Source: a virus. From it: 64,000 nt of DNA. The notes under the pieces are model-generated. The model was not told the origin of the DNA. It searched no databases and saw nothing but the letters and a program-made list of their open reading frames with translations. The position numbers were made by a program, and so were the translations under genes. Positions 55,205 through 64,000 of the stretch are shown piece by piece (positions within the stretch are counted from its first letter, which is position 1; each line of letters begins with the position of its first letter). The DNA is taken from IMG/VR virus record IMGVR_UViG_3300027810_000002, positions 64,001-128,000 of that record. One strand, 5' to 3'.

Positions 55205-56260
55205 ATTTTATTATTCCTTAATTCTCAGAGTTGTTAGAGTTATTCATAGGATTCTTTGGGGGAATTAAAAATTTTTATTTTTGCAGCTTCTCATTTATTC
55301 CACCTCCACCTTCTTTATTATTTACTTAAAGTAGTTTAAACGTTATTCAAAGTCTGGGAAAATAATTTTCAGCAACATTCAAAAACTAAAAAAACCCAAA
55401 AACCCAAATCAATACCAACACTATATCGTAGGTTCCCACTCACAGGTTAGGATCCCTAGAAGAACCCTCAGCCTAGGAGGTACCCTCGGAGAAAATATCA
55501 GGGGGTGTTCCACCCAACCTCTCACGTCACACTTGGGGACCGCAGGGGATGGACCCCACTAGTACACACACCACTCTGAAGAACCCTCTTTAAAAGTTGG
55601 CGCAGAGTACATGTGAGATTTGGGTTTTTCCCTTTTTTCTTCCAAGCCCTCTTATACTTACTAGTCCTTATAGAATACTATAGAATATTTCTTTTATATC
55701 TTATAGGTTCTCTATCCTGATAGAACAAGTAGACGGCGCCAACCTGCCTTTTTCGGGGTGCTTTCTTTTTGGGTTATTTGAGGGGTACTTTAAAAGGGGA
55801 CTGTGAGTGCTTGGAACCGATGTGAGTGCTTAGATCCTCTGATTGTAGTGAGTGCTTGGAGTTGGCCTCTCCCTCCCTATTCAACCTTCAAGCTTAAAGA
55901 CATAAGTTATATTCACAGGTACCAGATTTGTTTCATAATTTGTAAACTTTTTTTATTAACAGTTCTCGGAGGGTACTAGGAAGAGGGCGCCCCGCCCGAC
56001 GGGGTCTAGGGGGTCACTCCCACCCGGGGGATATTTCGGGGACTGGAGCACTTTCGCGGTTATATTATTGAGTGTAGGGGGATGGGATCCTTAGAGGGTA
56101 CCTCTGAGATCTCAAAGAGTACTCCCCATTGGTTTGGAAGGGTTCTTTTCCCGGGAGACCAGATGGTGCCCATTGAGTAAAGTGTTTTTTGATATATGTT
56201 TATTATTAATAGTAGTCATAGCCCTTGACCCCCCTCCCCTGGAGCCATGGTAAATTCAGG
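55205..56260. other. Non-coding structured region, candidate replication origin or packaging site
   Basis: ~1 kb with no ORF, GC-richer flanks, GTGAGTGCTT x3, several inverted repeats, central AT-rich tract. Confidence 0.45.
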
Positions 56261-56262
56261 AA

Positions 56263-56712
56263 CTATCTCCTGAACTTGGGTATTTGCGGCTTTGGTACTT
56301 TGGGTGTTGGAGTCCCCCCAAGCTTGGGTACGTTCGGCGTGGGTTGGTTGGCTTTGGGTCTTTGAGCCGTTGGAGAGCCTGGAGCGCCTGGGCTTGCGGG
56401 TTGCCCCTTGCCTGGTTGGCCGTCAGGATTCATGGTACTCTGCATCTTGTCGCTTGCCTTACCCATGGCATAGTTCCACGCTTTGTCTTTAGCCCACTCT
56501 TTTCCACGACTCCACTTGTCCCCTACCCAGTCGCTAAATCCGCGCTCAGGTGCTTCCCCAGCATTGACCTGAGGGGGTGCTACAGGGGTTGCCTTGGGCC
56601 TGTTGATCGAGGGCTTCCCTAGGGAGCTCTTTTGATTAGCCTGAGTGTTAGCCCCCTGGGTGTTACTCTGTACCTGTGAGTTTAATTTAGCTTGTGGGCT
56701 CTGGTTGATCAT
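56263..56712 (-). CDS. Pro/Gln-rich disordered protein with central Trp-rich amphipathic helix
   Basis: 149 aa; FSDWVGDKWSRGKEWAKDKAWNY; atypically high GC. Confidence 0.55.
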   Translation of the reverse strand: MINQSPQAKLNSQVQSNTQGANTQANQKSSLGKPSINRPKATPVAPPQVNAGEAPERGFSDWVGDKWSRGKEWAKDKAWNYAMGKASDKMQSTMNPDGQPGKGQPASPGAPGSPTAQRPKANQPTPNVPKLGGTPTPKVPKPQIPKFRR

Positions 56713-56827
56713 AGGTTAACTGGTCTAGTTGTTGATTTAGTTTAGGTATAGACTTGTCATAGGGGTTGGATAGCTTAAGTGCTATAATACGATTTCTTAA
56801 CTCTACTATCTGGTCTTGCTTGTTCAT
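56687..56827 (-). CDS. Possible 46-aa protein
   Basis: MNKQDQIVELRNRIIALKLSNPY...PTS*, overlapping start of 56263..56712; late-type motif at ~56925. Confidence 0.4.
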   Translation of the reverse strand: MNKQDQIVELRNRIIALKLSNPYDKSIPKLNQQLDQLTYDQPEPTS

Positions 56828-56952
56828 ACTCTCTATTTGGTTTTAATTAGGTTCTTTATTCATGCCCCCAGGTGGTTCACTCTGGGAACACTATATAGGG
56901 GTCACCTATTAGTTACTATAGGTTATATATAAGTGACCCACCGGGGTGACCC

Positions 56953-57411
56953 TTATAGGGCCTCTACCTCATCTGGCTGGTTCATAACGAATACTTTACT
57001 TGCCCATGTTTTACTATTAACTGCCTTATACTGATCCATATTATATAAGTTTGTATTGTACCATAATTGGTTTATAGTTCCAACTTCTAAGGTTGCCATT
57101 ATAGCTTCATCCATTACCAAGATCTTATTTCCTTTCTTTGCGAATACTGTAAAGTAATTATCAGATCCGAATGGCTTATACTCTACTGTGTGTAAGGCTC
57201 CTTTCTTATATGAACTTAATACTGTTCCTGGATTCTCATATAATCTTTGATCATCAAAATCTCTTGCGTCGTTACAGTTCATATAACCAGCTCTACATTT
57301 TGTGATAAATCTGAATTTACCTGGAACCTTCTTGTAATGATCATTGTTAATAATGTTTACTGTTTGGATCCCGGTGTGGTTGATGATGTTTTTGTTGTTT
57401 AATTCGTACAT
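56953..57411 (-). CDS. Hypothetical early protein
   Basis: Probable start MYELN at 57411 behind TATATTTA promoter. Confidence 0.7.
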   Translation of the reverse strand: MYELNNKNIINHTGIQTVNIINNDHYKKVPGKFRFITKCRAGYMNCNDARDFDDQRLYENPGTVLSSYKKGALHTVEYKPFGSDNYFTVFAKKGNKILVMDEAIMATLEVGTINQLWYNTNLYNMDQYKAVNSKTWASKVFVMNQPDEVEAL

Positions 57412-57441
57412 TTTTGTGGTGTTTAAGTTATTATTATATAG

Positions 57442-57575
57442 TAAATATAACACTTTTTATTGACACCTGACAACTTTTATGCATTTATTTTCAAAAAAAG
57501 TCCTATTTATAATGATTATAAATTAGAAAGTTTTCACCTCAGATTTTTTTATATCAATTATTATACTTATATTTA
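57442..57575. promoter_or_regulatory. Divergent early promoter pair sharing one palindromic operator (57505-57523)
   Basis: TATATTTA at 57442-57449 (-) and 57568-57575 (+); marks the strand switch. Confidence 0.8.
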
Positions 57576-57602
57576 CTATATAATAATTAAAACAACAACT
57601 AC

Positions 57603-57956
57603 ATGAATATCAAAATCACCGCAGCCGAAGAAAGAATCATCAAAGACGCACTCGCAGACTATACTAATAACTTAGTTGGTAAGGGAGTTAACTATAATAC
57701 CGTTGTTGGTATCTTAAATAAGATCAACGATGCTGGTATTGTGAAGTCAGCGAGAACACCTAAGGTGCTGGTTAATAAGCAGTATATGTTTACATTCGAG
57801 AACGGCGGATGGAACACAGTGTGGGCTAAAACATTACCTGGTGCTAGACGAGCGGCCTTATTAGAGTATAAGGATAGTGATTTAAATGTTAGTATGGACA
57901 GCGTTCACCTAGCTACTAAGAAAGGATTAGATTCAGCAATGTCCTTATTCTACTAG
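57603..57956 (+). CDS. Hypothetical early protein
   Basis: 117 aa; GGWNTVWAK. Confidence 0.75.
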   Translation: MNIKITAAEERIIKDALADYTNNLVGKGVNYNTVVGILNKINDAGIVKSARTPKVLVNKQYMFTFENGGWNTVWAKTLPGARRAALLEYKDSDLNVSMDSVHLATKKGLDSAMSLFY

Positions 57957-57965
57957 GGAACCCTT

Positions 57966-58036
57966 ATTTATAATCATTATAAATTAGAAAGTTTTCACCT
58001 CAGATTTTTTTATATCAATTAAAAGGTTTATATTTA
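57966..58036 (+). promoter_or_regulatory. Early promoter with palindromic operator
   Basis: Near-identical to 57505-57575. Confidence 0.8.
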
Positions 58037-58065
58037 CTATATAATAATAACAACAACTACTAATT

Positions 58066-58278
58066 ATGACATCATTTAAAAACTTATCAATTTACATCCT
58101 ATTAATCGCGGTCGGTATAGCTCTAGTAGCCTTTATCATACCTGCTCTTATTAAAGGTTTCTTTATTGGTCTATTATGGTTGATGAATAATCCTATTACG
58201 GGGATGATCATCTCATCTGCTTTTTTAGCTGGATGTTTTCTTGGTAGTGTTGAAACAAAATCTAATAAATCAGTATAA
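58066..58278 (+). CDS. Small membrane protein
   Basis: 70 aa, two hydrophobic helices. Confidence 0.65.
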   Translation: MTSFKNLSIYILLIAVGIALVAFIIPALIKGFFIGLLWLMNNPITGMIISSAFLAGCFLGSVETKSNKSV

Positions 58279-58298
58279 TAATAAATCAAACAAACATT

Positions 58299-59435
58299 AT
58301 GAGCATTCAAACTTTATCACAAACCGCAGTAGCAACAAGTAAACAAGAGAGCATCAACGCTCAATCTTTACGCCGCACCCTTCCTTTCAGAGACATTACG
58401 ATGATCGACGAAACAACCATCGAGTATAAAGGAACTCGTATCCCACTTACCAAGCAAGCTTTTAAATCCTTACTATCCTTAGTAGGTATGAGTCAGTCAT
58501 TCGCAGACAAATTCTCTAAGCTGTTTAACAAAGAGACTAAAGCGCAATTCATTAATACTATGAAAAACGCAATGGCATCTAATGCAGGTAAACTTAGCAA
58601 CGTTACATTGGTATTAAATCCAATTTCGAAAGCTGTGATCTTATTTACTAAAGAAGACAAGCTGCAAATCTCAAACGATCAAATGATCCAAGTTGCAGAG
58701 AACATGATCTCAGATAGTTCAATGGGAGTTTCCCGATGGACTACGGATCCAACAACAGGTATTATCACAATCGACGCTCATAACCCTAAGGCTGAGTTCG
58801 AGATCTTAGGATTAAGTGATGAGGTCTTTACAGGAGGAGTTACATTCCGTAACAGTCCACTAAAAGGATTCGAAGTTATGCCATACGTAAATCGTCAATG
58901 GTGTACTAACGGTCTAACAACAGCTATGGCACAAGAAGCATACCAACTACACTCTTTAGATAATAAGAGTATGGAAAGCTTTTTCGAGAACATGCAAGAT
59001 TTAAGACGTAACAACTACGCCCCTGAAGGATTTGCTGATCGAGTTCGTCAAGCTAACAACACACCTGCTTCACTACACGAAATGTCTTTTGCACATAACT
59101 TAATTGCAAAGCATGCTGGTGAAAGAGCAGAACAATGGGTACCTCTACAAGAGAACCTCAACGAATATAATAAAGCCGGATTTGATAAATTAACTAACGA
59201 TCAAATGAAGATGGCTAAAACTAACCAATCGCTTTGGTCAGTAATTAATGGAGTTACACACTTTAGTAGTCATGGTAAAGGTATCATCGACACTAACATG
59301 CAACCTCATAATGAAGCTGATATCCAAACACGTATTGGAAACCTATTAGGCAAAAAGAGTTTTGATCACGAAAACACAATGCCAAACCCTTTTAGTAAGG
59401 AACAGCTTCAACAGACTGGAGCTCTTCTTAACTAA
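58299..59435 (+). CDS. DUF932-like protein
   Basis: GVTFRNS...RQWCTNG and LWSVINGVTHF motifs. Confidence 0.6.
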   Translation: MSIQTLSQTAVATSKQESINAQSLRRTLPFRDITMIDETTIEYKGTRIPLTKQAFKSLLSLVGMSQSFADKFSKLFNKETKAQFINTMKNAMASNAGKLSNVTLVLNPISKAVILFTKEDKLQISNDQMIQVAENMISDSSMGVSRWTTDPTTGIITIDAHNPKAEFEILGLSDEVFTGGVTFRNSPLKGFEVMPYVNRQWCTNGLTTAMAQEAYQLHSLDNKSMESFFENMQDLRRNNYAPEGFADRVRQANNTPASLHEMSFAHNLIAKHAGERAEQWVPLQENLNEYNKAGFDKLTNDQMKMAKTNQSLWSVINGVTHFSSHGKGIIDTNMQPHNEADIQTRIGNLLGKKSFDHENTMPNPFSKEQLQQTGALLN

Positions 59436-59464
59436 TGTTTAGTTTGATTTTTAATTATTATTAT

Positions 59465-59495
59465 AAAAGGCAGGCGTTGTTTCCTGCCTTTTTTT
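59465..59495 (+). terminator. Intrinsic terminator
   Basis: aaggcagg...cctgcc followed by T-run. Confidence 0.8.
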
Positions 59496-59519
59496 ATGCA
59501 CCTCAGCCAGGGGGCCCTT

Positions 59520-59591
59520 ATCTATAATCATTATAAATTACAAATCAGTTGTCCCAAAGTTTTTTTATATCAATAAAAAGTGTTATATTTA
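59520..59591 (+). promoter_or_regulatory. Early promoter with palindromic operator
   Basis: ATCTATAATCATTATAAAT at 59520-59538; TATATTTA at 59584. Confidence 0.75.
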
Positions 59592-59615
59592 ACTATAATT
59601 AAAAAACAAACACAT

Positions 59616-59900
59616 ATGACTTATTCACAAATCGTTACAGCTATCAACAATGCTAATCTTTCAGTAGAAGAACTAAGTAAGCTTAACTCTTTCGTAGTTG
59701 ACACTGTTAAATTAAAACGCAGAATGAATGGCGCAGTTATTAAGCAATCCCTATCTAAAGGTTCAGTAGTAATGGTAGATCATCCATCACATAAGAACTC
59801 TACATTCACGATCGATTCGGTTCGTAGAACTAAAGCAACCATCGTTGATAGTCAAGGTCGCAGAATGAATGCACCTCTATCAATGTTAATTCCAATGTAA
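59616..59900 (+). CDS. Hypothetical early protein
   Basis: Probable start MTYSQ at 59616. Confidence 0.7.
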   Translation: MTYSQIVTAINNANLSVEELSKLNSFVVDTVKLKRRMNGAVIKQSLSKGSVVMVDHPSHKNSTFTIDSVRRTKATIVDSQGRRMNAPLSMLIPM

Positions 59901-59990
59901 TTGTTAATAACTTTAGGGATATAATGTCCCTAAAGTTTTCCTATCCCATTAAAAAGGTTTATATTTACATATAACATAATAACACCACAC

Positions 59991-61076
59991 ATGAAACATT
60001 ACACTATTCAAAAAACCACAAACACATATACCCTAACTGAGGTAGAATCAGGTACAACACTATCAATCGGATCAACACATCCTAAATTTGACTATGTCGC
60101 TAAAGAAGATTCTAAAGGATCAAGAATTGTTAATATCAATGGCGACAAGTTCACCTCATCTAAAGATTACAGAGGTCACTATAATAAGGCACCTAAGACT
60201 ACTAAGCTAGCTCAGCCTCTTAATATTACCTTAACAAAATTAGATGATTTAAATATCAATCAAAACTTATTTATACCTATAGAGACTAAAACAGTCTTTG
60301 ACAAATTCGCATCTACCGCCGGTGGTATTATGCCAGGTACAAACATCATGGCGGCCGGAGCCCCTGGTGTTGGTAAAACCACGGTCCTATTAGATCTATT
60401 AAGTACTGCACATGAGAGTGGTAAGAAGGTCCTATTCATCTCAGCTGAAATGTCTCAGATAGATATGGCCCGCTACTTACAACGTTTTCCTCACTGGGGT
60501 CAGTTACCAATCTTATTCCTTGCAGACTATGTGGATGAATGTCCAAAGTCTGTAATCGAACAAGTATTAAGCACTGGCTGGGATATTGTCCTAACCGATT
60601 CATACACTGAAGTTAACGACACCGTAAAGGAAGCTTGTAACCTAACCCGTGGTAAAGTAGAAAAATGGTTCCTAGATCTTATGATCTCAAATAACAAAGG
60701 CGGTAACAAGCCTGGAATCTACACAACCTTTATAACAATCTTACAATTATCTAAAGGAGGTCAATTCGTCGGATCTAACAAACTAAAACACATGACCACT
60801 AGTATGATGAGCCTAGATTGGGAAGGTGGAGAAAACGCCGGTCGTAGATATATGGAATTCTCTAAAAACCGAGTAGGTGCAGTAAACAAGAAACTCTACT
60901 TCTCTATAGAGGGTGGAGTAAGTTTTGACGAAGCCAGATATGTACGAGATCTTTTTAACGACGAGCTAGTATCTACGGAACGCAAGCAATTAGAAACAGA
61001 AGCGGATGCCTTCGACAAGTTATTCGGATTTAACGAGGCAGATGTAGAAGACTTAGAAGCTCATATCGAAATATAA
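59991..61076 (+). CDS. RadA/Sms-like RecA-family ATPase
   Basis: GAPGVGKTT, FISAEM, TDS, LKHM, KNRVG; no Lon domain. Confidence 0.75.
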   Translation: MKHYTIQKTTNTYTLTEVESGTTLSIGSTHPKFDYVAKEDSKGSRIVNINGDKFTSSKDYRGHYNKAPKTTKLAQPLNITLTKLDDLNINQNLFIPIETKTVFDKFASTAGGIMPGTNIMAAGAPGVGKTTVLLDLLSTAHESGKKVLFISAEMSQIDMARYLQRFPHWGQLPILFLADYVDECPKSVIEQVLSTGWDIVLTDSYTEVNDTVKEACNLTRGKVEKWFLDLMISNNKGGNKPGIYTTFITILQLSKGGQFVGSNKLKHMTTSMMSLDWEGGENAGRRYMEFSKNRVGAVNKKLYFSIEGGVSFDEARYVRDLFNDELVSTERKQLETEADAFDKLFGFNEADVEDLEAHIEI

Positions 61077-61627
61077 GGGTCCTAGGATCCTAAGCCTGCC
61101 CCCTGGTTATGTGGTGTTTCCTGGGGGTTTGGTGTATTCGGAGTACTGGGATGCAGTCATGGTAAAAAACGCTCCTCAGGTGTGAGTCAATTGGCGTTGG
61201 GGTTTAAGGTTCCTACAGGGACTTTACTTGGAGCTTTACTAGGGAGTACCCTTGGATTACTAGGAGGATCCTTACAGGCTTACCTATGTTTCTTATATCT
61301 CTATTAGGTTATTATAGGAGAGTATGAGTTCTTATACTTCTATTACTAGGATCCGTATTACCTGGATAGTTGTTTGCTTGGTCTTGCTTATCTCTTATAT
61401 CTTTCTCTTGTTTCTTATTGTTCTTACTTAGATTCTTATTCTTATCTCTTCTTTGTTATCTATTATGTATGATATCTTTGGTCACGTGCGTGGGTCCATT
61501 TTACAAGAATCTTTGCATGCTTGGGTGGTTTGTAGTGTGGTCGGTCAAACGGATTGATATTCTACAGGTATTTAGGATCGGGTTCTTAAGGAGTGAGCCT
61601 ATATATACCTCTTCTTTTTGTACCCTT

Positions 61628-61699
61628 ATTTGGAATCATTATAAATTAAGAAAGTTTATCACCTAGGTTTTTTTATATCAATAATTAGTGTTATATTTA
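61628..61699 (+). promoter_or_regulatory. Early promoter with palindromic operator variant
   Basis: ATTTGGAATCATTATAAAT at 61628-61646; TATATTTA at 61692. Confidence 0.75.
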
Positions 61700-61727
61700 C
61701 TATATAATAATTAAAACAACTAACATT

Positions 61728-62105
61728 ATGCCGTACATTACCAAAGATCAAGTTACCCAAAAAAGAAAAGAATTGAAAGCTGCCTTACCTAACTACAAGT
61801 TATCTATTACTACTGAACATTATTCTGGTATTAAGGTTGCTATCATGTCTGGTCCTACTGATCTTGGAACTGAATACTCTCAACTTAATCCAAACATGGA
61901 TTATAGAGAGGAAACTTGGAACCGCTATACTGAAGAATACGATTCTAATCCTCCTATACAAGATTTATTAGATATTATTATGCCTATATTAAATGAAGGC
62001 AAAGGAGCTTCACATGAAGATAGCGATTATGGATCTATTCCTGATTATTATACTTGGGTTCATGTTGGTAAATGGGATAAAGCTTATGAAATTAAAACTA
62101 AATAA
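61728..62105 (+). CDS. Hypothetical early protein
   Basis: 125 aa; LSITTEHYSGIKVAIMSGP, VGKWDK. Confidence 0.75.
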   Translation: MPYITKDQVTQKRKELKAALPNYKLSITTEHYSGIKVAIMSGPTDLGTEYSQLNPNMDYREETWNRYTEEYDSNPPIQDLLDIIMPILNEGKGASHEDSDYGSIPDYYTWVHVGKWDKAYEIKTK

Positions 62106-62107
62106 TT

Positions 62108-62407
62108 ATGGAAAGAATAGAACAAATTAAAATAGTAAAAGGAATAGTAGAAGATTCATTTGATGAGAATGCAATGTATACTGGAATAGACGATATGAAT
62201 GAAGAAAATAAAGCACATATCATAAACATAGGAACTTCAATCTTATGTACTAAATGGCAAATAGGATTTGAAGGAGGAGGCTTTGTACAATCAGTTGTTG
62301 ATAATAATCTTATGAAAGCAGTTGGAAGCGCAGATGGAACATCACTTAGAGGTTTAAAATTCTTTGCATCTTTACTATACAATACAGTTAAACCAAACTT
62401 TGAATAA
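62108..62407 (+). CDS. Hypothetical protein
   Basis: 99 aa; GGGFVQSVVDNNLMKAVGSAD. Confidence 0.7.
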   Translation: MERIEQIKIVKGIVEDSFDENAMYTGIDDMNEENKAHIINIGTSILCTKWQIGFEGGGFVQSVVDNNLMKAVGSADGTSLRGLKFFASLLYNTVKPNFE

Positions 62408-62408
62408 T

Positions 62409-63473
62409 ATGAAAATTAAATTTATTGTAATCGCATTTTTTGTAGTAGCTACATGTAATGCACAAAAAACTCTTGTATCTGATATCACGGATGCGGATCT
62501 AAGTAATACAGAACAATCTGGATTTGTAAATTGGGATTTCACCAATAATACAACCGGATATGCCTGGACATGGGGAGCTCCTGGCATGTTAGTTTATGGA
62601 GATACTCCTGAAATGTGTTATGATATAGAAGCTGAAATTAAAAATGTATCTCACGTATGGGGAGCTGGCATCTCTATTGGAGTAAATGAATCCTCATCAG
62701 ATAGTGAACTAAAGTATAATGGTATTAATAACTATTATTTGTCAGTTGAAGATAATGCGGTTGGATTATTTAAAGGAACTAATAATACACAAGAAGATTT
62801 CATAGCCGATACGCTTGTATATGTAGGTGTCGAAATTGATCAAACAGAATGGCATAAACTAAGATTAAAAATAGAAGCAGATACTATATATGGATACGTT
62901 AACGATGTCTTATACATTAGCCATAAAGTAGATAATATACAAAAGAATGGTAAGTTTGCTATAGTATCTTCTAATAGTGAAAATACATATAAGAATATAA
63001 AAGCAAGATATCATAAAGATCCTTACTATATTAGTAGTGATACTATTGTAGAATTTGTAAGTGATGTTAATCATCCAGAATGGAATAACTTACCTGTCAC
63101 TCGATTAGATGATGTTGAAACTGTAGTAGAAGCCGATGGATTAGATCATTTTATAAGCCACTATATACAATATAAAGAATCCGAATCAATTGATATACCC
63201 GATGATGTTGTTGATTGTAATTGTATTTGCCCAGAAGTAACTACTTTATCGATATATCCAAATCCAGTATCTGAATATGTTAACGTAAGTATACAACAAC
63301 CCGAAGGAACATTAAAGATTTATAGCATGCATGGCGCAATCGCTAGATCATACGACTTAACGTATGGAATTAATAGAATAGATATGACAAGATATCCAAT
63401 AGGACATTATTTATTCAAAGTAGAATACGAAGGAAGAAAAGCATTAATAGAAAAGATAATAGTAACTCATTAA
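62409..63473 (+). CDS. Secreted protein: signal peptide + LamG/lectin-like domain + T9SS C-terminal domain
   Basis: MKIKFIVIAFFVVATCNA-Q signal; WHKLRLKI...GYVND jelly-roll; IYPNP...IYSMHG...GHYLFKV...KIIV type A CTD. Confidence 0.8.
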   Translation: MKIKFIVIAFFVVATCNAQKTLVSDITDADLSNTEQSGFVNWDFTNNTTGYAWTWGAPGMLVYGDTPEMCYDIEAEIKNVSHVWGAGISIGVNESSSDSELKYNGINNYYLSVEDNAVGLFKGTNNTQEDFIADTLVYVGVEIDQTEWHKLRLKIEADTIYGYVNDVLYISHKVDNIQKNGKFAIVSSNSENTYKNIKARYHKDPYYISSDTIVEFVSDVNHPEWNNLPVTRLDDVETVVEADGLDHFISHYIQYKESESIDIPDDVVDCNCICPEVTTLSIYPNPVSEYVNVSIQQPEGTLKIYSMHGAIARSYDLTYGINRIDMTRYPIGHYLFKVEYEGRKALIEKIIVTH

Positions 63474-63479
63474 CATTTT

Positions 63480-64000
63480 ATGATAATATATGTTGCACCC
63501 CCTCGAGGGATTCAAGAAAAACAAGATTGCTTTAATTGGCTAACGCACTACGGCCATGAAGTCGTTTGGTTAGATTTAAGACGTAAAGTCAAAGGCCCTC
63601 TACTCCTATGTGGAGGCGCTGATATCGGTAAAGACCAAGAACGTGATGATCGAGAAGATATTTGGATTAAACAAACCCTTGCTGATGGATATCCTATTAT
63701 TGGTCTTTGTCGAGGCATGCAAGTTTTAAACTCTTATTTTGGAGGTGTTGTTGAAGATCTTAGTGATCTCATAGTAGAAGATCATAAAGCTGCTGATTTT
63801 TCAGAAAATACTGATCACAGTGGAAAACCTTCACAATTTCACACAGTAGAAGATTTAGATGGTAAATTAATAAATGTTAATTCTCGACACCATCAACATT
63901 GTTCAGTAATAGCAGACAATTTCAAAGCCACACATCTTTCATATCCTTTATATTCCGTAGTAGAGGGGTTTGAAGATGTTGATCAAAGGATTTGGGCTGT
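63480..64000 (+). CDS. Class I glutamine amidotransferase / peptidase C26 (partial)
   Basis: ATG at 63480; LLLCGGADI, GLCRGMQVLN, VNSRHHQ; runs off window, not in ORF track. Confidence 0.85.
   Translation, partial: MIIYVAPPRGIQEKQDCFNWLTHYGHEVVWLDLRRKVKGPLLLCGGADIGKDQERDDREDIWIKQTLADGYPIIGLCRGMQVLNSYFGGVVEDLSDLIVEDHKAADFSENTDHSGKPSQFHTVEDLDGKLINVNSRHHQHCSVIADNFKATHLSYPLYSVVEGFEDVDQRIWA

Noticed and set aside
56085-56250. BamHI/KpnI/BglII/ScaI/SmaI/NcoI sites suggesting cloning polylinker contamination
   Set aside because: No vector sequence nearby, similar sites recur at 55450-55484 and 61080-61350, and overall hexamer-palindrome excess is modest
55953-59910. TTATTAACA / TGTTAATAA as DnaA boxes
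   Set aside because: Only isolated copies, mismatched to TTATNCACA, and likely by chance at this AT content
61370-61666. 98-aa hydrophobic ORF as a membrane protein
   Set aside because: Arises from a T-rich low-complexity tract, has a TTG start and runs across the operator of the next promoter
1-64000. Stop-codon reassignment, as in some Bacteroidota phages
   Set aside because: Conserved genes are full length and densely packed under the standard code; TAG and TGA both end genes
1-64000. tRNA, tmRNA, introns, inteins, DGR, transposases
   Set aside because: No cloverleaf or T-loop pattern seen in intergenic regions and no reverse transcriptase, homing endonuclease or transposase motif recognised; a tRNAscan/Infernal run is needed to be certain
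3567-64000. Amidoligase + ATP-grasp + glutamine amidotransferase as one peptide-modification pathway
   Set aside because: The genes are 14-60 kb apart in different transcription classes; no linkage evidence in this window

Overview
AT-rich segment of a T4-like (contractile-tail) jumbo phage that most likely infects Bacteroidota/Flavobacteriia. Host evidence: Bacteroidota-type ClpP, bS1 and bS21, a T9SS C-terminal domain, TATATTTA promoter elements and A-rich leaders without Shine-Dalgarno sites. Positions 1-57.4 kb are almost all on the minus strand: baseplate/neck genes, an amidoligase, ribosomal proteins bS1 and bS21, putative internal head proteins sharing an N-terminal MKxxKLFExF motif (one is an ATP-grasp ligase), nucleotide/repair genes, DnaJ, ClpP and an N-domain-less ClpC, and a ~21 kb fibre locus (four long collagens, coiled-coil and anchor proteins, 2OG-Fe(II) oxygenases, glycosyltransferases). 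A structured non-coding region (55.2-56.3 kb) and a strand switch at ~57.5 kb lead into plus-strand early genes. Main finding: three adjacent collagen genes run in triplet register end to end (same length, same 14-triplet duplication, coincident Gly breaks, homologous end caps), pointing to an ABC heterotrimeric collagen. One chain lacks one residue every 7 triplets, which could program curvature (a curly fibre). Also seen: three promoter classes, a helically phased 19-bp PerR/Fur-box-like operator, a family of UVR-motif proteins that may be ClpC adaptors, and a phage-encoded T9SS cargo protein. All calls come from reading motifs by eye; no database searches were run.
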